A stretch of DNA of 61,877 nt, counting the filler. It is 5 parts of 5 records of this genome, joined end to end, with 100 filler letters (N's around TTAATTAATTAA, not from the genome) between each part and the next. Parts side by side here need not be neighbours in the genome. Positions count along the whole stretch, not along the records: positions 1 to 7,647 come from SRR20825019_2478; positions 7,748 to 25,066 come from SRR20825019_2479; 3 more parts are not named here. One strand, given 5' to 3'. Under the pieces are notes generated by a model. The model was not told where the DNA came from, made no database searches, and was given only the letters and a program-made list of their open reading frames with translations. Below are positions 1 to 10,900 of this stretch, piece by piece (positions within the stretch are counted from its first letter, which is position 1; each line of letters starts with the position of its first letter). Both the position numbers and the translations under genes were made by a program.

Positions 1-37
1 GCGTAGTTCAAGTAGATTTTAAGTGATCTAAAAAAGG

Positions 38-70
38 AATGGCGCTACAAACTAAGTTTATAACGCCATT
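38..70. terminator. Stem-loop, possible intrinsic terminator downstream of the GH29 operon
   Basis: AATGGCG(38-44)...CGCCATT(64-70) inverted repeat with an AAAAAA run just to its left, i.e. a U-tract on the minus strand. Confidence 0.45.
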
Positions 71-282
71 AAGAATCTTTTACAAAGATATTTTTATTTG
101 CTCCAAGTACTTTAATAGGTTTATACAAGTTAATCGGATGGAAGTAAATTGTACATAAAGAAATTGAGATTATTATCTATTAAATTTCCCTTCTGAAAAC
201 CCCATAAATACTATTAAACTTTCATTATTATCCCCTCCATGAAGAGAATCTTTATCATTGCAATTATAGAGACTCTCTTTTA

Positions 283-2376
283 TTAATTCAAAATAACTCC
301 TATTTCTCCTATGGTAGTTTCTTTACTTTCTTCTGTTGTTTTATTGGCAATTAGTTTTATCCATTTTGCCTTGGCAGGAGCAAATACAACTTCTTGCTTA
401 ATTCTATTATTAACAATATTTCCAAATTCTCCTTGAGAGGTTTTCTTCCAGTTTTTTCCATCTGTAGATACTAAAAAAGTATAGTTAGTAATTAAACCAT
501 ACGGAAACCTAGCCTGCATTGGCGTATATGTAAATCCTTTAATTATAAGTTCCTCTCCTAAATTTATTACCGTTTCTTGAGTCTTATTTATATTTTTATC
601 GGAGCTCCAAAATGTATTCGGATCATTATCTATTATTTTAGCCGCCGCTTTTTCCCCAGATGTTACTCTGTCTATTACCCACTTTTGCTTTGTATATTCT
701 AACTGGATTTTCTTAACCTCCGTTTTTTCTCCCGTTTCTGTATTGACAGACACATACTGTAACACAGTAGGATTTTTAACCATAAAAGGAGCTGTATAAT
801 TAATGCCAGAAGTAGTTGGTTTGGAGCCATCCAATGTATAATACACTTCTATAGCACGATCTTGGATATGCATTGCAACCTCTCCCTGCTTATTGCGAGT
901 AACTTTTGGTAATACCAACAAGTTTGGTGCTTTATACAATGCTACCTTGGACAACGTAATTGCTCCTTTTGCTTTTTTAATAGAAACTCTTACTTTGGAT
1001 GCCTCTACAGCTTCAAATCTTAAAATTCTTTTATAACCAATGGTGGTCTCTTTAGCTACATTTTTCCATTTATTATTTACAAAAACAGCCACTGTAAACT
1101 CTTGAATTCTTTGCCCTAAAGGAATATATTCTTGTAATAAAATTCTATTTACTGTAGTTGGTTTTTTAAATGTAAAAAGCAATTCGGCACTAGTTACAGC
1201 ATCATCTGTTGCCCAATAGGTTTCTGTATTTTGATCTATTACATTTGGCACATCAAAATTCTCACTCTCCCCCCTAACGTTAGATGCCTTTATCTTTGCA
1301 TTTATTGCCAAATTTTCGGCAAAATCTTTATCTAACTGTGTACGAAGTAACATTAATTGCTGCTGATCTAATTGGTGTACCAATCCACGTTTATCTACTG
1401 GCAAGTTCAATAAAAGTGAGGCATTTCTACCAACAGATTTGTAATATATATCGATTAACTCTTCCAGTGTTTTAACTTGATGATCTTCTGAAGCATGGTA
1501 ATACCAACCTGGTCTAATAGATACGTCTGCCTCTGCTGGCAACCAATGTGTTCCATCTTCATGTCCGCCTCTTAATTCTTTGTATCTAGGCCATCCTGGG
1601 TAAATTTCATCTCTCCGCATGATACTCCAATTAGTAGCATTTGCCTTTCCATTTTCATTCCCTACCCAACGGATATCTGGTCCGCCATCGCTAAATATAA
1701 CCGCATTGGGTTGCAATTCTCTAACAATATTAACCGCTTTATCCCATTGGTAATACGTTTTATTATCAATTTTTCGTGTCTCATTTGTTCCTCCATAATA
1801 TCCAGAACCTCCATTTGCTCCATCAAACCAAACCTCAAAAATAGGACCATAATTAGTTAATAATTCGCGAAGCTGCTCATGAAAAATAGAAACATATTTT
1901 GCATCTCCATAATGCTCATTATTTCTATCCCAAGGCGACAAATAAACGCCAAACTTTAATCCATACTCTTTACAAGCCTCAGAAAGTTCTTTAATAATAT
2001 CTCCCTCTCCATTTTTATAAGGTGAATTTTTTATAGAGTGTTCGGTGGTTTTTGTTGGCCATAGGCAAAACCCGTCATGATGCTTTGCGGTAATTATAAT
2101 AGCTTTCATTCCTGCTTCTTTTGCTACTCTTGCCCATTGCCTCGTATCTAAATTTGTTGGGTTGAATTGTTCAGGACGCTCGCCTCCTAATCCCCATTCC
2201 ATATCTGTAAACGTATTCATGTTAAAGTGAATAAAAGCGTAATACTCCAACTTTTGCCACTCTAATTGTCGAGCAGATGGTGTTGGTTCTACGGGAACTG
2301 GAGCTACTACTTTAGGCTTACATGAAAGTATTGTTATTATTAAAAATAGTAATATGGTTGTATTGGCAGGTCTCAT
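283..2376 (-). CDS. Alpha-L-fucosidase GH29, lipoprotein, with C-terminal F5/8-type C and Fn3-associated domains
   Basis: Motifs FIHFNMNTF, TAKHHDGFCLW, YLSPWDRN, WFDGA (nucleophile), DVSIRPGWYYH, YYKSVGRN; lipobox ILSC; YYTLDGSKP and discoidin-like C-terminal domains. Confidence 0.93.
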   Translation of the reverse strand: MRPANTTILLFLIITILSCKPKVVAPVPVEPTPSARQLEWQKLEYYAFIHFNMNTFTDMEWGLGGERPEQFNPTNLDTRQWARVAKEAGMKAIIITAKHHDGFCLWPTKTTEHSIKNSPYKNGEGDIIKELSEACKEYGLKFGVYLSPWDRNNEHYGDAKYVSIFHEQLRELLTNYGPIFEVWFDGANGGSGYYGGTNETRKIDNKTYYQWDKAVNIVRELQPNAVIFSDGGPDIRWVGNENGKANATNWSIMRRDEIYPGWPRYKELRGGHEDGTHWLPAEADVSIRPGWYYHASEDHQVKTLEELIDIYYKSVGRNASLLLNLPVDKRGLVHQLDQQQLMLLRTQLDKDFAENLAINAKIKASNVRGESENFDVPNVIDQNTETYWATDDAVTSAELLFTFKKPTTVNRILLQEYIPLGQRIQEFTVAVFVNNKWKNVAKETTIGYKRILRFEAVEASKVRVSIKKAKGAITLSKVALYKAPNLLVLPKVTRNKQGEVAMHIQDRAIEVYYTLDGSKPTTSGINYTAPFMVKNPTVLQYVSVNTETGEKTEVKKIQLEYTKQKWVIDRVTSGEKAAAKIIDNDPNTFWSSDKNINKTQETVINLGEELIIKGFTYTPMQARFPYGLITNYTFLVSTDGKNWKKTSQGEFGNIVNNRIKQEVVFAPAKAKWIKLIANKTTEESKETTIGEIGVILN

Positions 2377-2388
2377 TAGTTTGTTTTT

Positions 2389-3927
2389 TTATAACGTTTC
2401 GGCTGGGTATTTTACAGTCTTCTTTGTTTTTTTATCTATTGGTAATTGTGCTTTTACCTGTTTTAAATAATTAGTTAGCTCGCTTGCAAGCTCGCTAACT
2501 ACTTTACGCTCCTTATGCGATAAATTGTTCTCTTCTCCAATATCATTAGGAATGTTATACAACTCAAAATGCTGGTCTTTATAAAAATAGATAAGCTTCC
2601 AATCTCCTTTTCTTATCATGCTTGAGGTTCCTATTCCAGGGCCATTTCCTCCCCATCTATTTGGATAATGCCAAAACAGGGATCTATTATTGGATGTTTT
2701 ATTTTTCTTTATTAGCGGAACAAAACTTTTTCCATCAACTTGTTGTATCGTTTCTACTTTTTCTATTCCAGCCATTTCTAGTATTGTTGGAAAAAAATCT
2801 TCAATAATTAAATACTCATTTGTAACAGATTCAGGTTTTATCACTCTAGGCCATTTAACAAGCATTGGTTCTCTAATTCCTCCTTCATACATAGAACCTT
2901 TTCCGCTTGCTAAGGGTTTGTTGTGTGTATGCAACTCGCCTCCTCTTTTGTGTGCGCTTAATCCTCCGTTATCCGACATGAACAAAATAATAGTGTTTTC
3001 AGCTAAATCATTTTCATCTAAATAATTCATAATATCCCCTAAGCTTTTATCCATTCCTTCTACCATTGATGCGTATTTTGCTTCCTCCTCATCAAGTCCT
3101 TTATCTATATATTTCTGCAAATACCGATTATCTCCATATAATGGAATATGCACTGCATAGTGAGCCATGTATAAAAAGAAAGGTTTGCTTTTTACACTAT
3201 CTAAAGCAATCAAGGCTTCCCGAGTTAGAGCCTCTGTTAAAAATATATCTTTGCCATAATATTTTTCAAGACCTGGCACATCATTTAGGTGTTTTTTGTC
3301 TCCATTATTCCCAAAATCTTCAGTACCTAAATAACTATGTGGAGAACCTGCTGCGTGCCCTGCTATATTAACAGTAAATCCAAGATTTAAAGGGTTTTCA
3401 CCTGGAGTGTCTATTGCTCCAAAGTGTGCTTTCCCTACATGAATTGTTTGGTACCCGTTATCTTTTAAAATTTGAGGTAACGTAGTGGCTAGCACTGTTC
3501 TTCCCACTCCTTCTTCAGGAGAAATTCCGTTAACGTTCCAAGCGGGAAAACTCAAGTCTTCATCTTCATAATCGGTTGCTTTATTTTTTTCTAATGTCCA
3601 ATTTGTCACGCGGTGTCTAGCGGCATTCATCCCTGTCATAAAACTTACTCTTGTTGGCGAGCAAACAGGTGTTGCGTAAGCCTGTGTAAACTTCATGCCC
3701 TCTTTTGCTAATCGTTCCATATTTGGCGTTTTATAGAGTTGATTAAAAGGTGTTTTCTTGTTCCAGAACGGGACAGATGTATCTTGCCAACCTAAATCAT
3801 CTACCATAAAAACAACGATATTTGGTGGGTTTTCTTCTGATGAGTATTTTTCTACCTCTTGAGCATTCAGTTTAAAAAAGGTAATACTCAGTAAAACTAA
3901 TAGCAACATTCTATTCCAAATTCCCAT
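2389..3927 (-). CDS. Formylglycine-dependent (S1) sulfatase, secreted
   Basis: PNIVVFMVDDLGW, CSPTR signature, GKAHFG, SDNGG, GKGSMYEGGIREP; signal peptide; ATG at 3927 preferred over the ORF-track start. Confidence 0.93.
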   Translation of the reverse strand: MGIWNRMLLLVLLSITFFKLNAQEVEKYSSEENPPNIVVFMVDDLGWQDTSVPFWNKKTPFNQLYKTPNMERLAKEGMKFTQAYATPVCSPTRVSFMTGMNAARHRVTNWTLEKNKATDYEDEDLSFPAWNVNGISPEEGVGRTVLATTLPQILKDNGYQTIHVGKAHFGAIDTPGENPLNLGFTVNIAGHAAGSPHSYLGTEDFGNNGDKKHLNDVPGLEKYYGKDIFLTEALTREALIALDSVKSKPFFLYMAHYAVHIPLYGDNRYLQKYIDKGLDEEEAKYASMVEGMDKSLGDIMNYLDENDLAENTIILFMSDNGGLSAHKRGGELHTHNKPLASGKGSMYEGGIREPMLVKWPRVIKPESVTNEYLIIEDFFPTILEMAGIEKVETIQQVDGKSFVPLIKKNKTSNNRSLFWHYPNRWGGNGPGIGTSSMIRKGDWKLIYFYKDQHFELYNIPNDIGEENNLSHKERKVVSELASELTNYLKQVKAQLPIDKKTKKTVKYPAETL

Positions 3928-6256
3928 TGAGTTCTGTTTTCTGATTAGCAACTAAAGTAACTAATTGTTTTTTATTGTTGTATACTACTTCTACGTCTTT
4001 ATTTTTTGCTGAAAGTAAATGTAAAGAAACTAATTTTCCGTTATTCCAAGTAATATCAACCTCTATATTTCCTCTTGCTTTAAGCCCAGAAATAGTTCCC
4101 GATTTCCATTGCTTTGGGAGGGTTGGTAATATTCTAATAAATCCTTCGTGCGATTGCAATAAAAGCTCTGCTATTCCAGCTGTATAACCAAAATTACCAT
4201 CTATTTGAAAGGGCGGATGCTCATCAAATAAGTTTGGTGCAATTGATTTTTCAAAAAATTTATTGATATTTTCTTCAGCGGACACAGCATCCAATAAACG
4301 CGCATTGAAATTAATCATCCATACCCTACTCCAACCAGTTCCTGCTCCTCCATGCTCCAATCTGTATTCTATAGATTTTTGTGCTGCTTTAAAAGCATCT
4401 GGAGTTTCTGGTGTAATTTTATTTCCAGGATATAATGCGTACATATGAGAAATATGCCTGTGCCCTTTTTCTGCTTCTTCATAATTTTTATCCCACTCTA
4501 ACACCCTTCCATCTGCTCCAATTTGAACCCCTGGACGTAGGTTTTCGGCTTTCTTTTTCACTTCTTTAATCAACTCATCATCTATAGCTAATATTTCTGA
4601 AGCACTTATTATGTTTCTAAAAACCTCCCCTATAATTTGTTGCCCCATAGCAGTCCCTCTTGAAACAGCAGCTGGTTTTCCATCGTTGGCTATATATGAA
4701 TTTTCTGGAGAAGTCTCTGGATACGAAAACCATTCTTTTGTGCTTTCATCATATTGAAGCCAATCGAGATAAAAAGTAGCCACCTCTTTTAAAAAAGGAT
4801 ACCCCTGCTCTTTTAAAAACACTTCATCTTCTGTAAACAAATAATATTCCCAATAATGCTGAGCTAACCAACCAGCACCATGAATCCAAGCTCCCCAATA
4901 TGGTGTTCTTGCTCTCATAAAAGTTGGCCCCCATAAATCGGTTGCATGATGCGACATAGACCCTCTATTAATTCCGTACTGTTTAGCAGTTTCTTTACCA
5001 CGTATAATTAAACGATTTCCAAAATCAAAAAGAGGAAGCTCACATTCAGCTAAATTAGTTATAGGAGCCAACCAATAATTCATTTGCAAATTAATATTTA
5101 AATGATAATCGGCATTCCAAGGTGCTGTAATATGATTATTCCATATGCCTTGTAAATTTGCTGGATTTGTACCCTTTCTTGAAGAAGAAATTAATAAATA
5201 TCTTCCATAATTGAATAAAGTTTCTTGTAAACCAACATCAACCACACCAGCTTTATAACGCTCTATACGCTTATCTGTAGGGAACTCCTTATTAGAATTG
5301 TCTGTTTCAATATGCAGAGAAACTCTATTATATAAATTTTTAAAATCTTGAATATGATTATTCACTAAAGCTTTATAACCTTTAGATTCGGCATTTTCAA
5401 TAACAAGCTCAGCTTTCTCTATATAATCGGGATGATAATAGGATGTCTCGGTAGCAATAAGCAACAACACTTCTTTGGCATTTCTAACAGTTAACCTGTT
5501 TCCATTAGAAGTGATTATCCCAGATTTACTTTTAACCTTTAAGCGAGTTTGAAATTTAACTCCATTTTTAATAGGTATTGGAACACTCTCTACAACTCCT
5601 CCCATTTGTGTAACTTCTCCATTCATCAACATTAATTGCTTTTCTGGAAAAGTAGCAACCTTTACTGTTTCAACCCCTTCATCTTTTGGTCTTGACATTT
5701 CAATATCGAAATCCATCCCTTTTTGATTAGAAGTTTCTAATTTAATGACCAATACATTATCTGGTTGCGATGAAAAAGCTGTTTCTTTAAAAGTATTTCC
5801 ATCCACACTATAAGAAACATAACTAGTTGCTTTCTCAAAATCCAAGCTTCGTTTATAATTAGTTACTTCCCCTCTGTTTTTAAAATGCAAAAATAAATCG
5901 CCTGCCGTTTGATGAGAACGAACTATATCTTGTCTTGAGAATTTATCTATAATTAGCGAATCTGCTTCATGTACTTTTCCTTCATCAATTAATTTCCTTA
6001 TCAGAGCTAAATCTTCTGCTGTTCCTTTCGCATTAGATAAGTTAGGGCTTCCCGGCCACATAGAATCTTCATTTAATTGAAAATGTTCTGTTTCAATACC
6101 CCCATAAATCATCGCTCCCATTCTCCCATTTCCAACTGGCAAAGCTTCCATCCAAGTATCAGCAGGCTGAGAATACCATACCCCTGAATTGCTTTGACCT
6201 ACAGCATTTAACGACATAATCATTATTGAAGTAATAAAAAGTATTCGTAACATCAT
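3911..6256 (-). CDS. GH95 alpha-L-fucosidase
   Basis: WMEALPVGNGRMGAM, FNYGRYLLISSSR, PANLQGIWN, YHLNINLQMNYW, SPEN, HRHISHMYALYPG, PPFQIDGNFG. Confidence 0.93.
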   Translation of the reverse strand: MMLRILFITSIMIMSLNAVGQSNSGVWYSQPADTWMEALPVGNGRMGAMIYGGIETEHFQLNEDSMWPGSPNLSNAKGTAEDLALIRKLIDEGKVHEADSLIIDKFSRQDIVRSHQTAGDLFLHFKNRGEVTNYKRSLDFEKATSYVSYSVDGNTFKETAFSSQPDNVLVIKLETSNQKGMDFDIEMSRPKDEGVETVKVATFPEKQLMLMNGEVTQMGGVVESVPIPIKNGVKFQTRLKVKSKSGIITSNGNRLTVRNAKEVLLLIATETSYYHPDYIEKAELVIENAESKGYKALVNNHIQDFKNLYNRVSLHIETDNSNKEFPTDKRIERYKAGVVDVGLQETLFNYGRYLLISSSRKGTNPANLQGIWNNHITAPWNADYHLNINLQMNYWLAPITNLAECELPLFDFGNRLIIRGKETAKQYGINRGSMSHHATDLWGPTFMRARTPYWGAWIHGAGWLAQHYWEYYLFTEDEVFLKEQGYPFLKEVATFYLDWLQYDESTKEWFSYPETSPENSYIANDGKPAAVSRGTAMGQQIIGEVFRNIISASEILAIDDELIKEVKKKAENLRPGVQIGADGRVLEWDKNYEEAEKGHRHISHMYALYPGNKITPETPDAFKAAQKSIEYRLEHGGAGTGWSRVWMINFNARLLDAVSAEENINKFFEKSIAPNLFDEHPPFQIDGNFGYTAGIAELLLQSHEGFIRILPTLPKQWKSGTISGLKARGNIEVDITWNNGKLVSLHLLSAKNKDVEVVYNNKKQLVTLVANQKTELNGNLE

Positions 6257-6326
6257 TATTTATTAATTTGTTTTGATTAATTTTCATTTAATATACATAA
6301 AATAAATAATAATTTTCGATAAAATA

Positions 6327-6340
6327 TACAATCGATTGTA
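6327..6340. promoter_or_regulatory. Perfect 14-bp palindrome TACAATCGATTGTA, LacI-type operator candidate in the divergent promoter
   Basis: Exact palindrome with central CG between the divergent GH95 and GH88 genes; Bacteroidetes -7 element TATATTTG (TAnnTTTG) at 6360-6367. Confidence 0.6.
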
Positions 6341-6424
6341 AATTTTTGTACTTTTTATATATATTTGATTATTATAAAGCAATAATATTTCTCTTATTTC
6401 TAACTATAAAAATAAATACTAGCC

Positions 6425-7615
6425 ATGATTAAATCCTTAAACACCCTAATTACATTAGTACTCGTTGTAATTTTGAGCGCATGTAAAGAACAAAAAAAAG
6501 AAACAGAAACTGTAAAAAAAATGGATCTTACTGAAACCATTACAGAACAGTATAACAAAGCATATCCAGAGGTAAACAAACATATTGAAGATAAAAAGTT
6601 TATTCCACGTGCCATAAAAGAAGATTCGACAAAATTTGTTGGCGTATACGACTGGACAAGTGCATTTTACCCAGGTACATTATGGCATTTATATAAAATT
6701 ACAGGGGATGAAAAATGGAAAGAACGCGCTACCTTATACACAGAAAAATTAGACACCATTCAATACTGGCAAGATAACCACGATGTTGGTTTTATGATTG
6801 AATGTAGTTTTGGAAACGGAATAAAGTATGGTAACAAAAATTACGAAGATGTAATTGTACAAGCCGCAAAATCCCTCTCTACTAGATTTAATAAAAATAC
6901 AGGAGTTATAAAGTCTTGGGAATGGAGTAAAAAATGGGAATATCCAGTTATTATAGATAACATGATGAATTTGGAGTTATTATTTAATGCTACTAAAATT
7001 TCTGGCGACTCTACCTATTACAACATTGCAATTACTCATGCTAATACAACAATGAAAAATCATTTTAGAGATAATTTTAGTTCATACCACGTAGTAGATT
7101 ACAATCCAAAAAATGGTAAAATAATTAAAAAGAACACACATCAAGGAATTAGCGATGATTCTGCATGGGCTCGTGGCCAAGCGTGGGGGCTTTATGGTTT
7201 TACAATGTGTTATAAAGAAACTCATAATGAAGCATATTTAAATCAAGCCAAAAACATTGCAGCATTTATAAAGAACAATCCTAATCTCCCGCAGGATAAA
7301 ATTCCGTATTGGGACTATAATGCTCCTGCAGGGAATAACACTCCTAGAGATGCATCTGCAGCTGCAATTACAGCTTCTGCTCTTTATGATTTAGCTACTT
7401 ATGTAGATCAAAATGAAGCTAACGAGTATATTTCTTTTGCTGATGAAATTATGACTAGCTTAACTTCTCAAGCTTATTTAGCTAAAATAGGAACTAATAG
7501 CGGGTTTATGTTGATGCATTCTGTTGGAAGTAAACCTCATGGAGAAGAAGTCGATTCTCCTTTAAACTATGCAGATTATTACTTTACAGAAGCATTGATT
7601 AGAAAAAACAAATAA
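6425..7615 (+). CDS. GH88 unsaturated glucuronyl hydrolase, lipoprotein
   Basis: DWTSAFYPG, HDVGF, VIIDNMMNLELL, WARGQAWGLYG, RDASAAAI, YADYYFTEAL; lipobox LSAC. Confidence 0.92.
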   Translation: MIKSLNTLITLVLVVILSACKEQKKETETVKKMDLTETITEQYNKAYPEVNKHIEDKKFIPRAIKEDSTKFVGVYDWTSAFYPGTLWHLYKITGDEKWKERATLYTEKLDTIQYWQDNHDVGFMIECSFGNGIKYGNKNYEDVIVQAAKSLSTRFNKNTGVIKSWEWSKKWEYPVIIDNMMNLELLFNATKISGDSTYYNIAITHANTTMKNHFRDNFSSYHVVDYNPKNGKIIKKNTHQGISDDSAWARGQAWGLYGFTMCYKETHNEAYLNQAKNIAAFIKNNPNLPQDKIPYWDYNAPAGNNTPRDASAAAITASALYDLATYVDQNEANEYISFADEIMTSLTSQAYLAKIGTNSGFMLMHSVGSKPHGEEVDSPLNYADYYFTEALIRKNK

Positions 7616-7647
7616 GACGGACACTACATACATCTTAAAGTAAAAAA

Positions 7648-7747
7648 NNNNNNNNNNNNNNNNNNNNNNNNNNNNNNNNNNNNNNNNNNNNTTAATTAAT
7701 TAANNNNNNNNNNNNNNNNNNNNNNNNNNNNNNNNNNNNNNNNNNNN
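7648..7747. other. Artificial contig spacer
   Basis: N-run + TTAATTAATTAA (stops in all frames) + N-run; abrupt composition change across it. Confidence 0.98.
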
Positions 7748-7945
7748 GTCGACGTCGTCATCATCGTCTGAATCGTCATCATCGTCGTCATCATCCTGAC
7801 CGACGGTGTCGTCGTCGTCATCGTCGTCATCATCCTGATCGTCGGTGTCGTCATCGTCGTCATCGTCGTCGTCCTGACCGACGGTGTCGTCATCATCATC
7901 GTCGTCATCCTGACCAACGGTGTCGTCATCATCATCGTCGTCATC
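7748..7945 (-). repeat. Poly-Asp tandem repeat (units like TVGQDDDDDDDD) in the peroxidase C-terminal region
   Basis: (GTC/ATC)n runs interrupted by recurring CCTGACC(G/A)ACGGTGTC on the plus strand. Confidence 0.9.
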
Positions 7946-10900
7946 AAACTCTTCGAGGATGGTGTCACCGTCCGTTGTGTTGGCGCCATCGATATCGAAG
8001 ACATTCTCGGGAAGCCCGGTCAGGCCGGTATTGCGGGCGATGATGTCCGCAAAGGTGACATCGCTTTCATCGCGGAACAGCGAGTCGTCGAACAGTTCCA
8101 GGTAGTAGAGGCGATCACCATGCTGAAGCCGGTTGAGCTGCTCGAGGAAAATATAGCCGAAGGTCGAGCCGAGCTGGCCGGCCACGGGCTTTTCGAGCAG
8201 TCCGCCGATCCACAGGTCCATGGTATCGAACCCGTCGGGATAGGCTTCCTGGAGCTTGTCCAGCATCACGGTTGAGATGCCGTTGCGCAGGGCGAAGTCT
8301 GCCCAGCCGGTATAGGGCTTGAGGGCGCTCAGATTGGTCTGCTCGTAAAGCTGCGTGCGGACCGAGTTGAACGGAGCGACGCCCATGTCGCGGCCACGGA
8401 AGATGTTGAGCGCCGCAAGGTCGAGCGGCCGGCCGACAAGCTGGTTGCGCAGCGCGTTGACCACATCTTCGTCGATTGCCTGGTGCTCGACCTGAACCGA
8501 GCCAGCCAGCAGGTTGCCGACACCCAGATTCACCACCTGAGCGGGGTTGAGGAAGGCCTGGACCAGCGAGACTTCCTGGAGCGCGCCGTTTTCATCGACA
8601 TAGCTCACGGTCTCGTTGAGCATGGAATGACCGAAGCGATAGGCCGCCTGGGCGAATTCCACCGAGATCGAAGCATCGATTGTCGGATCGTACTCTTCGA
8701 AGCCGTGCTCACCGTCATCGTCTTCGCCGAACCCACCGGCCATGGCCGTGGTAAACTCGGTGAACACCACACGCTGATACTCAGCAATGTTCCGGACGCG
8801 GGCGGCCTCGAAATATTCTTCCTCGGTCCATTCGTTGTTCGTACGGGCCTTGAGTTCATTGACCCAGAAATTGTGATTGCGGTGCCAGATCGTGTGGATC
8901 GAGGTCAGCATCACGTTTTCATTGGCCCGGCCGTCACCTGTCACGAAGTAGTGGCCGATCTGGTCGAGGTCGAGGTAGTCGCTTTCCGAACCGTCTTCGA
9001 GCAGAACGAACTTCGGAATGAAGTCGATCAGCAGTGGCTGCCCGGACCCCTGATAGTCGGAGATATCGTCCGAAGTCAGCTCGCCTCCTTCAGTCATCAC
9101 CCGGAAGTTGTCGCGGATATCGGTCAGGGTCGGCAACAGGGCGTAGCCGCTGGCGTCGATGTCGCCCGCCAGGAGATAGGCAGTCTGGATCGGGCTGCCG
9201 TCTTCACCGACCTCCCACCGCCGAAGAACGTCGGTGATGGCGTCGTGCGAGCCGTAGGCCTGGTTCTGGTCGACATAGGGCGAGGCATGGTTGACGTATT
9301 CGGCCGGGATTTCATCGCCATTATTGGGGATGCCATCGGGGTCGATACCTGTACCGGGCACGATGTTGGACCTGGGGGCCATGACGGGGGTGACCCCGAC
9401 ATCGCCGATATAGACCGAGCCGGGCTGGCCCTTGGCCACGAAGTCGAGGCCGTGGTCGAAATACTGGCCGAAGAAGGTCAGCAGGCTCGTGCCGCCAAAC
9501 GCATTGACGATGCTTTCCTCGATGCCGTCCCCATCATTGTCCTGGTTCGACAGGATGTTGGAGATTTCGCGTGGGGTCAGTGCCGTCTGGCGGATACCCG
9601 TGGACCCATCGGTATAGTGGGCATCGGTCAGGCGGATGAACTGCTGACCAGCAGTACCCCAGGCCGGGTTGTCGACATTATTGCCGTAGCCCGAGGCATC
9701 CCGATCCAGGTCCGGGTTCTGCACGATGTCGAGCAGATCCTCGATATCCTCGTCGTCCATCAGGTTCACGCTGCTGCCCGGTCCGTTCTGGAACTGCGGC
9801 GGCATGGTGCCTGTGTAGGTGATCGAGTGGACCCCGTTCGAATAGGTCTGGGTGCCATCGCCATTGTCGACCATGGTGTAGCCCGAGACATCTTCACCCG
9901 GTGCCAGTTCGATAATGTCCTGCGGCCGGACCGTGCCCACGACCGTGTCGTTGCCGCCATTGGAGCGGAAGACGATGCGGTGTGCGGAGGTCAGGGCCGA
10001 GAAATCGACGATGTCGTTGCCCGAGCCGCCATTGATGGTGATCGTATTGACGTCGAGGCTGGTCGGCGCGAAGTCGCCGATGACAATAACCGCATCATTG
10101 CCGTTATCGGTGTTGACGATGATTTCCTCGATATTGTCGAGTTCGGCAATAATCGAGGCGCTCGTCGTTCCGCCACGTGTGATGACGATTTCCGTATCCG
10201 GATTGCGAACCACCAGCCCGGCGGCATCAGCCTCTGCCCGCGAATAGATGCGGTAGGTTTCAGCCACGTTGTTGGCCGTGTTGCCGTTGATGACGAAGGT
10301 GTCATCGGTGCCGGCGCCGCCGTCCACAATGTCGCGGCCATCGCTGTTATTGTTGCTGGCGGCGGCGGCATTGTTGGCATTCCACACGATGGTGTCATCG
10401 CCATCGCCAGCCAGCACAACATCGTCACCGGTTCCGGCATCGAAGGTTGAGCCATTGACGTCGCCAATCAGGATATTGTCGCCCGTCGTACCATTGACCG
10501 AGGTCGCAGGACCGCTCGGGAGGGACACACTGATATTGTCGATGCCGACTATATCGGAGGTGTTGTTGAGCACGCTCACCTCGAACCGCAGCGTTGCGTT
10601 GGCGGTGAAAGGTCCAGTCAGGTTGTGGTTGTAGTTGACGTTGCCACCATTGCCGGTGATTTCGTTCAACTGCACGAAGTTGGCCTCCTGGCCATCTGGC
10701 GAGAAGAACACACGGACATATTCGCCCGTCTCCATGGAGTCTGGATTGGCCGAATAGCTCAGCGATGCTGCGGTCTGGCCGTCCAGCCCCGCAATGGCAC
10801 GCTGGATCACGGCGCCGTTGCTGGCTCCTGCATTGATGCCAACATCGAACTCCAAGCGGTTGTTGGCGATGCGAATCTGGCCGTTGTCGGTAATAGAGCT

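Noticed and set aside
100-275. Possible gene remnant (NDKDSLHGG on the minus strand, reminiscent of aldose 1-epimerase)
   Set aside because: Match too short and interrupted by stops to support a pseudogene call
7692-7703. TTAATTAATTAA recurring four times as a possible biological repeat
   Set aside because: Always centred in N-runs; it is an all-frame-stop linker
7748-7945. Repeat tract as a CRISPR array
   Set aside because: Low-complexity in-frame Asp codons, no unique spacers, no cas genes
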